A DNA stretch of 64,000 nucleotides from Planctomycetota bacterium (GTDB lineage Bacteria > Planctomycetota > UBA1135 > UBA2386), in NCBI GenBank assembly GCA_965223545.1, contig OZ245006.1:2688001-2752000 (forward strand), written 5' to 3'. The notes beneath the pieces are model-generated. The model was not told the origin of the DNA and did not search any database. It saw only the letters and a program-made list of their open reading frames with translations. Made by a program: the position numbers and the translations under genes. Below are positions 9,835 through 18,910 of this stretch, piece by piece (position 1 is the stretch's first letter; each line of letters opens with the position of its first letter).

Positions 9835-10560
9835 GTGCTGATCGACCTCGCGCGGGGCGCGGGCTTCATGGTCCGCGGGTTCGCGATGCTCCGGCGGCCG
9901 CGCATCCGCCGGCTCGCCGCGGCACCGTTCGCCGCTGCCATCGCCGCCCTCGGCGCCGCGGTCTGGGCCGGCGCCGCCCTGTTCTCGCGTCTCCTGGACT
10001 GGCTGCTCGGCACGATTCCCACCTGGCTGCAGTGGCTCGAGCCCGTGCTCTGGGTGCTGTTCGCGGTCGGCGCGGCGGCCGCGTTCGTCGTTCTGTTCGG
10101 GGCGATCGCGAGCTTGGCCTCGTCTCCGTTCAACGGACCGCTCGCCGCCGCGGTCGAAGAGCTCGCCACCGGCCGAGCCCCTCCATCGGCGTCGTGGGGC
10201 GAGACCGTCCGCGGCGCACCGCGCATGCTGCTCGGCGAAGCCGCCAAGGTCGTCTACACCCTGGGGTGGACCGGCGGCGCGCTGGTGCTGTTCCTGATCC
10301 CCGGCATCAACGTGGCCGCCCCGGCGCTGTGGCTGCTGTGCGCCGCCTGGGTCACCGCGTTCTCCTTCTCCGACTACGGACTCGCCAACCACGGCGTCGG
10401 CCTGCGGCGCGCCCGCCAGCTGCTGCGCCGCCGGTGGGGCGCCGCGATCGGCTTCGGCGGCGCGGCACTGCTATGCTTCGCGGTCCCGCTGCTCAACCTG
10501 CTCGCAGTGCCCGCGGCGGTTTGCGGAGGAACCCTGCTCGCCGTGCACGTGCGGCGCTGA
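9835..10560 (+). CDS. cysZ: CysZ / EI24-domain membrane protein
   Basis: LDWLLGTIPTWLQWL, SSPFNGPLA..VE, FLIPGIN, FSDY and VPLLNL..VPAAV.GGTLL pattern as in CysZ. Confidence 0.72.
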   Translation: MLIDLARGAGFMVRGFAMLRRPRIRRLAAAPFAAAIAALGAAVWAGAALFSRLLDWLLGTIPTWLQWLEPVLWVLFAVGAAAAFVVLFGAIASLASSPFNGPLAAAVEELATGRAPPSASWGETVRGAPRMLLGEAAKVVYTLGWTGGALVLFLIPGINVAAPALWLLCAAWVTAFSFSDYGLANHGVGLRRARQLLRRRWGAAIGFGGAALLCFAVPLLNLLAVPAAVCGGTLLAVHVRR

Positions 10561-10592
10561 ACCACCACCCCCCGCACGCTCGTTGGACCGAC

Positions 10593-11462
10593 ATGCCCAG
10601 CCTCGCTGCCCTCTGCTGTGCCGCGCTGCTCACGAGCCAGGCAGACCTGCCCACAGCCACGGGCGATGGGTCGTTGCGCGCGACTTGCGTGGCCCTGATC
10701 GCGCACCTGGCCCTCGGCGAACCAGAGCTTCCGCCGCTGAAGAGCGAACAGGGCGCGGCGACCGCCGCGCTGCTGCGCCGCGCCGCGCAAGCCGCCGGCG
10801 GGCCGCTGGCCGACACCCGTGCCCCCGACTGGAGGTCGGACCACGCGCTGGCGACGCTCGCGCTCGGTCTCTTGGCCGAGCCGCCCCCGGAGCCCGAGCT
10901 GCGCAGTGCGTTCGCCGCCGCGGTGCAGGTGCTCGAGCACCACTGCCTGCTCGACGACCCGGCCCTCGAGCCCCAGACGCGCGTCTTCGCGGTGTGGGCG
11001 CTGAGCCTCGCCGGCCCTCTCGGCCTGCGCGTGCAGGAGTCCACGTGGCAGCGGCTGGATCATTGGTTGGAAGGCCGCAAGTCGGCACCGAAACCGCGAC
11101 GTGCCGGCGCGGCAGCGCGCCGGCAGGCGATCGCGGCACTGACGGTGCGGACGCTGCGCACCCCTGTCCGCGAGTTCGCGGACCTGAACGCGCCCTGCCT
11201 GGAGCTGCTGCACACCGCCGGACCGGGCGCGGCTGACCTCGAGCCGGTCGACTGGTTCTTCCTCGCCTTCTCGGCGTACCACCTGGGCGGCAAGCCGTTT
11301 CGCGAGTTCCAACGGCGGCAGCGACTGCCGGGAGCCGCGCGGCCGCTAGGGGACTGGCAGGGCGCGTGGGACCGCGCCGCCGGCCCGGAGACGTCGCTCG
11401 CCCTCCAGCTGACGGCGCTGGCGGTCTACTACCGCTACGCGCGGCTGTCTCGCGACTGGTAG
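10593..11462 (+). CDS. Secreted hypothetical protein, weakly similar to the C-terminal part of prenyltransferase / terpene-cyclase-like alpha-barrel proteins
   Basis: Signal-peptide-like N-terminus. The C-terminal DWFFL...HLGG...GAWD...LAVYYRYAR resembles that family from recall only. Confidence 0.55.
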   Translation: MPSLAALCCAALLTSQADLPTATGDGSLRATCVALIAHLALGEPELPPLKSEQGAATAALLRRAAQAAGGPLADTRAPDWRSDHALATLALGLLAEPPPEPELRSAFAAAVQVLEHHCLLDDPALEPQTRVFAVWALSLAGPLGLRVQESTWQRLDHWLEGRKSAPKPRRAGAAARRQAIAALTVRTLRTPVREFADLNAPCLELLHTAGPGAADLEPVDWFFLAFSAYHLGGKPFREFQRRQRLPGAARPLGDWQGAWDRAAGPETSLALQLTALAVYYRYARLSRDW

Positions 11463-11488
11463 CGGCACCGGCGATGTGACGCAGCCGC

Positions 11489-11548
11489 TTGACAATTATA
11501 AGACGGCACGTCTTAACGTTGGCGCTCGATTAAGACGACTCGTCTTAA
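11489..11548 (+). promoter_or_regulatory. Promoter (-35 TTGACA) with two palindromic operators TAAGACG-N3-CGTCTTA upstream of the BlaI-family repressor
   Basis: TTGACA at 11489-11494. Operators at 11499-11515 and 11531-11547. This is an AT-rich island in GC-rich DNA. Confidence 0.85.
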
Positions 11549-11561
11549 GAAGGCACGCCGC

Positions 11562-11960
11562 ATGCCCAAACCCGACGTCACGCCGGCCGAGCTCGCCGTC
11601 CTCCAGGTCCTCTGGCAGACCGGGGCGCGCTCCGTGCGCCAGATCACCGACACGCTGTATCCCGACGGCGGCACTCCCGAGTACGGCACGGTGCAGAAGC
11701 TGTTGCAGCGGCTCGCGGCCAAGGGGCACGTGGGCTGCGACCGCGACGCCAGCCCACACCGCTGGCAGGCGCAGACCCCTCGAGAGACCCTTGTCGACAC
11801 GCGGCTGCAAGACCTGGTCGATCAGGTCTGCGCGGGCTCGATCCTCCCCATCGTCTCCCACCTGGCGCGGCGGCGGCTCGACGCCGACGAACGCGCGGAG
11901 CTGCGCCGCTTCGTCGAGCAGCTCGACGGAGCGCCCGCCAAACGGAGGCGCCGGCGATGA
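11562..11960 (+). CDS. BlaI/MecI/CopY family transcriptional repressor
   Basis: T.AEL.VLQVLW...YGTVQKLLQRL..KG pattern. Coupled (ATGA) to the M56 gene. Confidence 0.9.
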   Translation: MPKPDVTPAELAVLQVLWQTGARSVRQITDTLYPDGGTPEYGTVQKLLQRLAAKGHVGCDRDASPHRWQAQTPRETLVDTRLQDLVDQVCAGSILPIVSHLARRRLDADERAELRRFVEQLDGAPAKRRRRR

Positions 11961-13570
11961 CCGACGCTTTCGTCATGATCCTGGCCAATACGCCGATCGC
12001 CGCGGCGATCGGCACGGCGGCGTGGGCGTGCGCGCGGGCCGGCCGGCCCGGCACTGCCCACGCCATCTACTTGCTGGCGCTACTCGAGCTCGTCACCCCT
12101 ACCTGGCTCGCGGTCGGCGCGTGGTCACCGGCACCGCAACCGCCCGAAGTACGGCGCGTGGACGGGGCGCTTTCGACAAGCCCAGCGACCGTCTCCCAGC
12201 CGGCATCCGCGACCGCCAAGCCCGCTACATCCCAGTCCAGCGCGACGCCTCCGGCTCCGCATGCCGGCGCGGCGCCCGCCTCGTCTGCGCCAACGCGCAC
12301 GCTTTCGGCGGCGAGCTTGCTGGCACCGACCTGGGCGTTGGGCGCGTTGCTCCTGGCCTCGTGCATGCTGCATCGCGGCCACCGCTTCCGCACCGCGGTG
12401 CGCGGCGCCCGACCGGCACCGACCTCATGGCAAGAAGAGGCGCGCGCGCTGCTGCCCGAGGTCGGCCTGCGCCGGTTGCCAGCGCTGTTCGCGGTGCGCG
12501 CCGACATCTCGCCGCTGGTGTACCCCACGCTGCGCGGCCCGCAGATCCTGCTGCCGGAGCCCCTGCTGGCGGGCATGCCCGCTGCGCAGCGCCAGGCCCT
12601 GCTCCTGCACGAGCTCGCCCACGTCCGCCGCCGCGACCCGTGGCTGCGCCCGCTCGAGGTCGCCCTGCTGCTCGGCCTCTGGTGGCACCCGTTGGCGTGG
12701 TGTCTGCGCGCCGGCCTGCGCGAGGCCGAGGAAGCCGCCTGCGATGCGTGGGTCACCGCCGCGCGCCCCGACGCCCGGCGCGCGTACGCGCAGGCCTTGC
12801 TCGCCGCCGCCGACGCGATCGCCGCCCCGAAACCACCTTCATTTGCCTGTGGCGCACTGCGCCTCGACCACTGGAAGCAACGCATGAACGCGATCCTGAC
12901 CCGTCCTTCTCGGCCGCGCAGCGGCCCGTTCGGCCGCGCCGCCGTCGCTGGCGTCGCCGCTCTCCTGCCGCTCGGCCTACTGCCCGCGCAGCCGGAGACC
13001 ACGCCTGCGACAACCACCACGGCGGCCGACGACGCCGAGGAGGCGACTCCGGTGGATGGCGCGCAGGTCTACGGCGCAATCCAACGCCCTGGATGGCATC
13101 AGCTCGGTGCCGAGACGACCGTGCTGGAAGTCGTGCAGGGGGCGGAGCCGACCAACGGCGCGGACCTCGCCAGACTCCTGCTGATCCGCGACACGACGCT
13201 GTTGCGGATCGATGTGCGCGCGATGGTCCTCGATGGCACCACCACGAACAACGTGATCGTGCGCGACGGCGACGTGCTGATCGTGCCGCTGGGCCCGGCG
13301 CGCGGCGAAGCCACGCCGGCACCGCGGCCACTGGCGATCGGCGATTCCATCGACTTCCTGATCGACCCGGTCATCATCGAGCAGGGCGCTGCCCTTCTCG
13401 CCGAGCTGCGCAAACCACAGGGCATCGACGAGTCGGGCCGCATTCTGATTCCCTACGTCGGGCGCGTGCTCGCCGCTGGACTGACCATCGACGAACTCGA
13501 AGCCGTGGTGCGCACCAAGCTCCGCGCGTTGTTCGCCACTGACTTCGTCCTGCACGCCCGTCGCTGGTGA
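11957..13570 (+). CDS. M56 (BlaR1/MecR1-like) metallopeptidase with C-terminal SLBB and polysaccharide-export (Wza-like) domains
   Basis: LLHELAHVRRRD, WWHPLAW and E.ACD motifs. After the last TM come VYGAIQRPG...DGDVLIVP and IDESGRILIPYVGRVLAAGLTIDEL. Confidence 0.88.
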   Translation: MTDAFVMILANTPIAAAIGTAAWACARAGRPGTAHAIYLLALLELVTPTWLAVGAWSPAPQPPEVRRVDGALSTSPATVSQPASATAKPATSQSSATPPAPHAGAAPASSAPTRTLSAASLLAPTWALGALLLASCMLHRGHRFRTAVRGARPAPTSWQEEARALLPEVGLRRLPALFAVRADISPLVYPTLRGPQILLPEPLLAGMPAAQRQALLLHELAHVRRRDPWLRPLEVALLLGLWWHPLAWCLRAGLREAEEAACDAWVTAARPDARRAYAQALLAAADAIAAPKPPSFACGALRLDHWKQRMNAILTRPSRPRSGPFGRAAVAGVAALLPLGLLPAQPETTPATTTTAADDAEEATPVDGAQVYGAIQRPGWHQLGAETTVLEVVQGAEPTNGADLARLLLIRDTTLLRIDVRAMVLDGTTTNNVIVRDGDVLIVPLGPARGEATPAPRPLAIGDSIDFLIDPVIIEQGAALLAELRKPQGIDESGRILIPYVGRVLAAGLTIDELEAVVRTKLRALFATDFVLHARRW

Positions 13571-13601
13571 CCACGGCCGCCGCGCTCGTTATTCTCGGCG
13601 C

Positions 13602-14483
13602 GTGCAAGTCCACCTCGTCGACGGGACCTACGAGCTGTTCCGCGCGTTCTACGGCGCGCCGCCGGCCACCGACGCCGATGGCCGACAGATCGGTGCCACC
13701 CGCGGGATGCTGCGTACGCTCGCCGCGCTGCTGGCGCAGCCCGAGGTCAGCCACGTGGCGTGTGCCTTCGACACGGTCATCGAGTCGTTCCGCAACGAGC
13801 TCTTCGATGGCTACAAGACCGGAGAGGGCATCGATCCGGAGCTGCACGCGCAGTTTCCACTGGCCGAACGCGCCGCCGCGGCGCTCGGCATCGAGGTCTG
13901 GTCGATGCACGACTTCGAGGCCGACGATGCGCTCTGCGCGGGCGCGGCGCGCTACGCCGCCGACCCGCGCGTCGAGCGCGTAGTGCTGTGCTCGCCCGAC
14001 AAGGACCTGGCGCAGTGCGTGCGCGGCACGCGCGTGGTGATGCTCGACCGCCGCCGCGGTACGGTGCTCGACGAGGACGGAGTCGTAGCGAAGTTCGGCG
14101 TCGAGCCCGCCTCGATCCCCGACTGGCTGGCGTTGGTCGGCGACAACGCCGACGGCATCCCGGGAATCCCGCGCTGGGGCGCGCTGTCCGCCGCGAAGGT
14201 GCTGGCGCACTACGGCCACATCGAAGCGATTCCCGAGGAAGCCGACGCGTGGCAGGTCGCGGTGCGCGGCAAGGCCGCGTTGGCGAAGAACCTGAACGAC
14301 GCGCGGGCCGACGCGGAGCTGTACCGGACGCTCGCCACGCTGCGCCCGGACGCGCCCATCAGCGACCTGGACGCCTTGGCCTGGGGCGGCGTCGACACCG
14401 ACGCCCTCGCCGCGCTGTGCGCCGAGATCGACGACCCGACGTTTCCCGACCGCGCGGCGTGGAGCCGCGACGCCAAACGCTGA
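13602..14483 (+). CDS. Stand-alone 5'-3' exonuclease / flap endonuclease (PolI N-terminal domain-like)
   Basis: LVDGT, FRNELFDGYK, FEADD, SPDKDLAQ and ALVGDNADGIPGIP (H3TH) motifs. Confidence 0.92.
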   Translation: MQVHLVDGTYELFRAFYGAPPATDADGRQIGATRGMLRTLAALLAQPEVSHVACAFDTVIESFRNELFDGYKTGEGIDPELHAQFPLAERAAAALGIEVWSMHDFEADDALCAGAARYAADPRVERVVLCSPDKDLAQCVRGTRVVMLDRRRGTVLDEDGVVAKFGVEPASIPDWLALVGDNADGIPGIPRWGALSAAKVLAHYGHIEAIPEEADAWQVAVRGKAALAKNLNDARADAELYRTLATLRPDAPISDLDALAWGGVDTDALAALCAEIDDPTFPDRAAWSRDAKR

Positions 14484-14545
14484 GACGGCCTGCGAACGGC
14501 TCGAGCGCTACACTGAGCATCTCCGCCCACGGAGTCGATCACACC

Positions 14546-15892
14546 ATGAACTCATCCGCCGCCACGCGCTGGTTCGCCTTCTGCCTTATCACCATCGCCG
14601 GTGCGCCGCTGTTCGCCCAGGACGGCACGTGGCCGCAGTTCCGCGGACCGCAAGCCCGCGGCGTCGCCGACGACGTCGCCGCGCCGGTGGAGTGGAACGT
14701 CGAGACCGGCGACAACGTGCGCTGGAAGACGCCGATCCCAGGCTTGGCGCACTCGTCACCGATCGTCTGGGGCGAGCGCATCTACCTCACTACCGCCACC
14801 AAGGAGGGCGAAGCCGAGCTCAAGGTCGGGCTCTACGGATCGGTGGAACCGGTCGCCGACGAGGGCGAGCACCAGTTCGAAGTCCTGAGCCTGGACCGCG
14901 CCTCGGGCGAGGTGGTCTGGCGGGTCACGGCTTGGCAAGGCGTGCCGGCCATCGCGCGCCACCCCAAGGGCAGCCACGCGGCATCGACTCCGGCCACCGA
15001 CGGCGAGCACGTGGTCGCGTTCTTCGGCACCGAGGGTCTCTACTGCTTCGACCGCGACGGTGAGCTGAAATGGAAGCGGGACTTCGGCGTGCTGGACTCC
15101 GGCTTCTTCATGATGCCGTCGGCGCAGTGGGGCTTCGCCAGCTCGCCGGTCTTGCACGACGGCCGCGTCTACATCCAGTGCGACGTGCAAGGCGAGGACT
15201 TCGTCGCCGCGCTGGACGTCGCCACCGGCGAGGACATCTGGCGCACCGCGCGCGACGACGTGCCGACCTGGGGCACTCCGACCGTCGACGTCGACGGCGA
15301 CCGCCGGCAACTGATCGTCAACGGCTACCGCCAGATGGCCGGCTACGACCTCGACAGCGGCGCGTTGCTGTGGACGCTGGCCAACGGCGGCGACATCCCG
15401 GTGCCGACGCCGATCGTCGCCCACGACCTCGTCTTCCTCACCAGCGCGCACGGTCCCGCCTCGCCGATCGCGGCGATCGAAGCCGGCGCGCGCGGCGAGC
15501 TCGGCCTCGATGCGGAGGCCCACGAGGCGGTCGCATGGAGCGTGATGCGCGGCGGCAACTACATGCAGACCCCGCTGATCTACGGCGACCTGCTGTACAC
15601 CTGCCGCGACATGGGCGTGCTGTCGTGCTTCGACGCCCGCACCGGCGAGCGCCACTACCGAGAGCGCATCGAGGCCGGGGTCGGCTTCACCGCGTCGCCG
15701 GTCGCCGCCGCGGGGATGCTCTACTACGCCAGCGAGGTCGGCACCGTGCACGTGGTCCGCGCCGGGCCCGAGTACGAGCTCGTCGCCAGCAACGAAATGG
15801 GCGAGACCTGCATGGCGACGCCGGCGGTGTCCGGCGGCACGCTCTACGTGCGCGGCCGCCACCACCTGTTCGCGATCGCCAATCCCGAGTGA
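14546..15892 (+). CDS. PQQ-binding-like beta-propeller secreted protein
   Basis: GGAG RBS and signal peptide LFA|Q. WPQFRGP, HSSPIVWG, ASTPATDG and xxTGxxxW repeats. Confidence 0.88.
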   Translation: MNSSAATRWFAFCLITIAGAPLFAQDGTWPQFRGPQARGVADDVAAPVEWNVETGDNVRWKTPIPGLAHSSPIVWGERIYLTTATKEGEAELKVGLYGSVEPVADEGEHQFEVLSLDRASGEVVWRVTAWQGVPAIARHPKGSHAASTPATDGEHVVAFFGTEGLYCFDRDGELKWKRDFGVLDSGFFMMPSAQWGFASSPVLHDGRVYIQCDVQGEDFVAALDVATGEDIWRTARDDVPTWGTPTVDVDGDRRQLIVNGYRQMAGYDLDSGALLWTLANGGDIPVPTPIVAHDLVFLTSAHGPASPIAAIEAGARGELGLDAEAHEAVAWSVMRGGNYMQTPLIYGDLLYTCRDMGVLSCFDARTGERHYRERIEAGVGFTASPVAAAGMLYYASEVGTVHVVRAGPEYELVASNEMGETCMATPAVSGGTLYVRGRHHLFAIANPE

Positions 15893-15960
15893 CAACCGAG
15901 CATGCTGTTGGCGCTCGCGCACGCCGGCGTTTGCTTGGGCGCCGACGCCAGTATTGCCTC

Positions 15961-16830
15961 TCAGAGCTCGCGCACGTCGGGCTCGATCGCCTCGCGCACG
16001 CGCCCCTCGGGATCGACCCAGATCTCCTGTAGACGCAGCAGCTCGCCGTCGGCCCACTGCATGCGGACGTAGTACGCCACGGTCGCGCCATCGCCGAACG
16101 AGCGGATCCTCGGCACCACTGCGGGATTGACGTAGACCGTGCCGCCACGCCGGACGAATCGGCACCGCTCGGCGCCGCGCGGGTGCATCAGCCGATCGTG
16201 CATATGGCCGGCGATGACGCAGGGCACACGCCAGCCGCTGCGCACGATCCGGTCGATGGCCTCTTGCAGGTCGGCGTCGCCCCAGTCGCCGCCGATGTCG
16301 TGGCCGAAGTCCTTGCCGTAGATGTCTTGTGGTTCGCGCGACAACCCGGTCGGGCCGTTGTGCGCCAGCACCACCAAGTCTCGGTGTTGGGCGCGCCGGG
16401 CCGCGTCGTAGATGCGCGCCGCCGACGCGTCCCGGTCGCGTACCTGGTAGAGCTCGTCGTAGACCTCGGGGCTGCGCAGGCTGGGACCGCCCCAGGAGAA
16501 CGGCCGGGCGCCGATCACCGAAACGCCGGCGCGCGGGGCCTCGCGCACGTCGTAGGCCAGATGATCCTCACCGAGTGCGGCCAAGCTCTCGCGGAGACGG
16601 CTCGTCGGACGCCGTCTAGAGAAGCTCTGCCAAGCATCGTGGTTGCCGAGCAGGACCACCTTCTCGGCGCGGATGTCGGCGATCTGCTGCACCATGTCGA
16701 CGTCCTCGTCGCCGAGGTCGCCGACGAACAGCGCCAAGTCACTGTCGGCGCGCTCGAGGAACTCGCGATCCGCGCTCCGCCAGTGGCGATGCAGATCGCC
16801 AACAACGTGGAAGGTGGCGGGGCCTGGCAC
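15961..16830 (-). CDS. Calcineurin-like metallophosphoesterase (TIGR04168-like)
   Basis: GDLH, VGD, GNHD, AHNGP and GHMH motifs. Confidence 0.85.
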   Translation of the reverse strand: MPGPATFHVVGDLHRHWRSADREFLERADSDLALFVGDLGDEDVDMVQQIADIRAEKVVLLGNHDAWQSFSRRRPTSRLRESLAALGEDHLAYDVREAPRAGVSVIGARPFSWGGPSLRSPEVYDELYQVRDRDASAARIYDAARRAQHRDLVVLAHNGPTGLSREPQDIYGKDFGHDIGGDWGDADLQEAIDRIVRSGWRVPCVIAGHMHDRLMHPRGAERCRFVRRGGTVYVNPAVVPRIRSFGDGATVAYYVRMQWADGELLRLQEIWVDPEGRVREAIEPDVREL

Positions 16831-16911
16831 ACGGGGATCCTAGTGGGCCATCGCAAAAGTTCGCATAGAAAGTCCGCGCCCCTGAACGCCGCCCCTCGCC
16901 GACGACGCGAC

Positions 16912-18789
16912 TCACTCGTCGTCGTCTTTGCCCGACGCAAGCAGGCCGTTCTTGACCAGCTTCTCGCGGTAGGTCGTCCGCGGCACGCCGAACAGCTCCG
17001 CCGCCTTGGTGAGGTTGCCACCGGCTCGCTCGAACGTCTCCTTGAGCGCGGCCTTCTCCTGCAGCTCGAGGCGCTCCTTCCACGTCGATGCGCTGGCGAG
17101 GGCCTCGCCGCCCGGGATCTCATCGCGCGCCGCCGCGGGCACCGAGCCGAGATCGAGGTGCTGCACCAAGATCGGTCCACCGGTGGCGCGCAGCGCCGCC
17201 CCCTTGATCACGTGACGCAGCTCGCGAATGTTGCCGCGCCAAGCGTGGCGGTGCATGAAGTCCAGCGTCTCGGTGGCCAGCTCGGGTGGCTGGTCGTAGC
17301 CCAGCTCGCCGGCCGCCTCGGCCAAGAACCGATTGCAGAGCATCAACAGATCCTCGCGCCGCTCTCGCAGGGCGGGCAGCTCGATCTCCAGCTCGCGCAG
17401 TCGGAAGTACAGGTCCTCCCTGAAACGCCCGTCCTTGACCATCGACTCCAGGTCCTGGTGCGTCGCGGCGAGAACGCGCACGTCGACCTTCACTTGGCGC
17501 CGTGAGCCGACCGGAGTGACGACCCGATCCTGCAGCACACGCAGCATCTTGGCCTGCAGGTCGTGCGCCATGTCGCCGATCTCGTCGAGGAAGATCGTGC
17601 CCTGGTCGGCTTCCTCGAAGTGCCCGCGGCTCGACTGGGTGGCGCCGGTGAAGGCCCCCTTCTCGTGCCCGAACAGCACGCTCTCCATCAGCGCCTCGGG
17701 GATCGCCGCGCAGTTGACCGGCACGAACGGTCCCTTGCTGCGCCGCGACAGCTCGTGCATCGCCCGCGCGATCACCTCCTTGCCGGTCCCGGTCTCGCCG
17801 CGGATCAGCACGGTGTAGTCGGTGGGCGCGTACAGCTTGACGCGCTCCACCATCTCGCCACACGCGGGACTCGACGTCTGCAGCGCGACGTGGCCGTTGC
17901 CCTCGCCGCTCGGCACGTGCTTGACCAGGCTCGAGACCAGCGTGCGGTTGCCCAGCGAGCCGGCCAGCAGGCGGCCGATGAAGGTGGCGCGCTGCAGATC
18001 CTCTCCGGTCAGGACGGTGCCGTCGCGCACGCAATCGGCGTACAGCACCCCCATGGTCTTGCCGAGCGCGCGCACCGGAATCGCGATGCTGGAGCTGATG
18101 CCCTCGCGCCGCACGCTGAGCAGCTGCGAGGCGACCGGGTCGGCGCTGGCGATCGGCACGTGCACCACGCGCCCGCCGGCGCGCACCTGATCCATCAACG
18201 ACCGCGACACGCCGAACTCGGTGCGCTCGCTCTTGTGGTTGAGATAGAACGCGGCGGTGCCGTCGACGGCGTGCTCCGGGGCCAACTCCAACAGCACCCG
18301 GTCGGCGCCGGTCGAACTCAGCACCGCTTCCATCGCGGCGGCGATCATCCGCGCGGGTTCGTGCAGCCCCTCGAGGCTGTCGGCGACCTCCATGAAGGTG
18401 TCGTACCAGGCCCCCACCGGCGATCCGGCCGCGTGGTCGTGCAGCGCGGCCGGATCGATCTCCTGCCCGCGCGCCTCACCCGCGGTCGGCAGGGCGCGAA
18501 GCCGCACCATGGCTGCCCCCACGTTGAGGGTGTCGCCATCCAGCAGCCGCTCGAACCGGCGGCCGACGTTGCCGGTCACGCTGCGCACGGGAAACGGCAG
18601 GCCCGCCTCCGCCCGCACGCTGAGGCCGCTGCTCGGATCGTCCCGGACCTCGACCGCGCGACCGACCACACCGGGCAACTCGACCTCGACCTCACAGCCC
18701 GAGCGGAGCGAGCCGACCCAGAACCCCGCGTCCTCCACCACGAGCTCGCGAAACCCTCCGCTGTCAGTGATTTCGACGTGGACGGACAT
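16912..18789 (-). CDS. Sigma-54-dependent enhancer-binding protein (degenerate FHA-like + GAF + AAA+ + Fis HTH)
   Basis: GETGTGKE, NCAAIP, GHEKGAFTGA, FLDEIGD, FREDLYFRL and WRGNIREL motifs plus C-terminal HTH. GAF ends in GVLYAD. Confidence 0.92.
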   Translation of the reverse strand: MSVHVEITDSGGFRELVVEDAGFWVGSLRSGCEVEVELPGVVGRAVEVRDDPSSGLSVRAEAGLPFPVRSVTGNVGRRFERLLDGDTLNVGAAMVRLRALPTAGEARGQEIDPAALHDHAAGSPVGAWYDTFMEVADSLEGLHEPARMIAAAMEAVLSSTGADRVLLELAPEHAVDGTAAFYLNHKSERTEFGVSRSLMDQVRAGGRVVHVPIASADPVASQLLSVRREGISSSIAIPVRALGKTMGVLYADCVRDGTVLTGEDLQRATFIGRLLAGSLGNRTLVSSLVKHVPSGEGNGHVALQTSSPACGEMVERVKLYAPTDYTVLIRGETGTGKEVIARAMHELSRRSKGPFVPVNCAAIPEALMESVLFGHEKGAFTGATQSSRGHFEEADQGTIFLDEIGDMAHDLQAKMLRVLQDRVVTPVGSRRQVKVDVRVLAATHQDLESMVKDGRFREDLYFRLRELEIELPALRERREDLLMLCNRFLAEAAGELGYDQPPELATETLDFMHRHAWRGNIRELRHVIKGAALRATGGPILVQHLDLGSVPAAARDEIPGGEALASASTWKERLELQEKAALKETFERAGGNLTKAAELFGVPRTTYREKLVKNGLLASGKDDDE

Positions 18790-18910
18790 GCCGTCGGATT
18801 TTCGGCAACAATCCGGCCACCCGTCCAGCACTCACCGTCGAATATCCGCCAATTCCGACCAGATCGGATGGCACTGGAGCCGCCCGCGCCTTGTCGACAG
18901 AATGCCGCCC

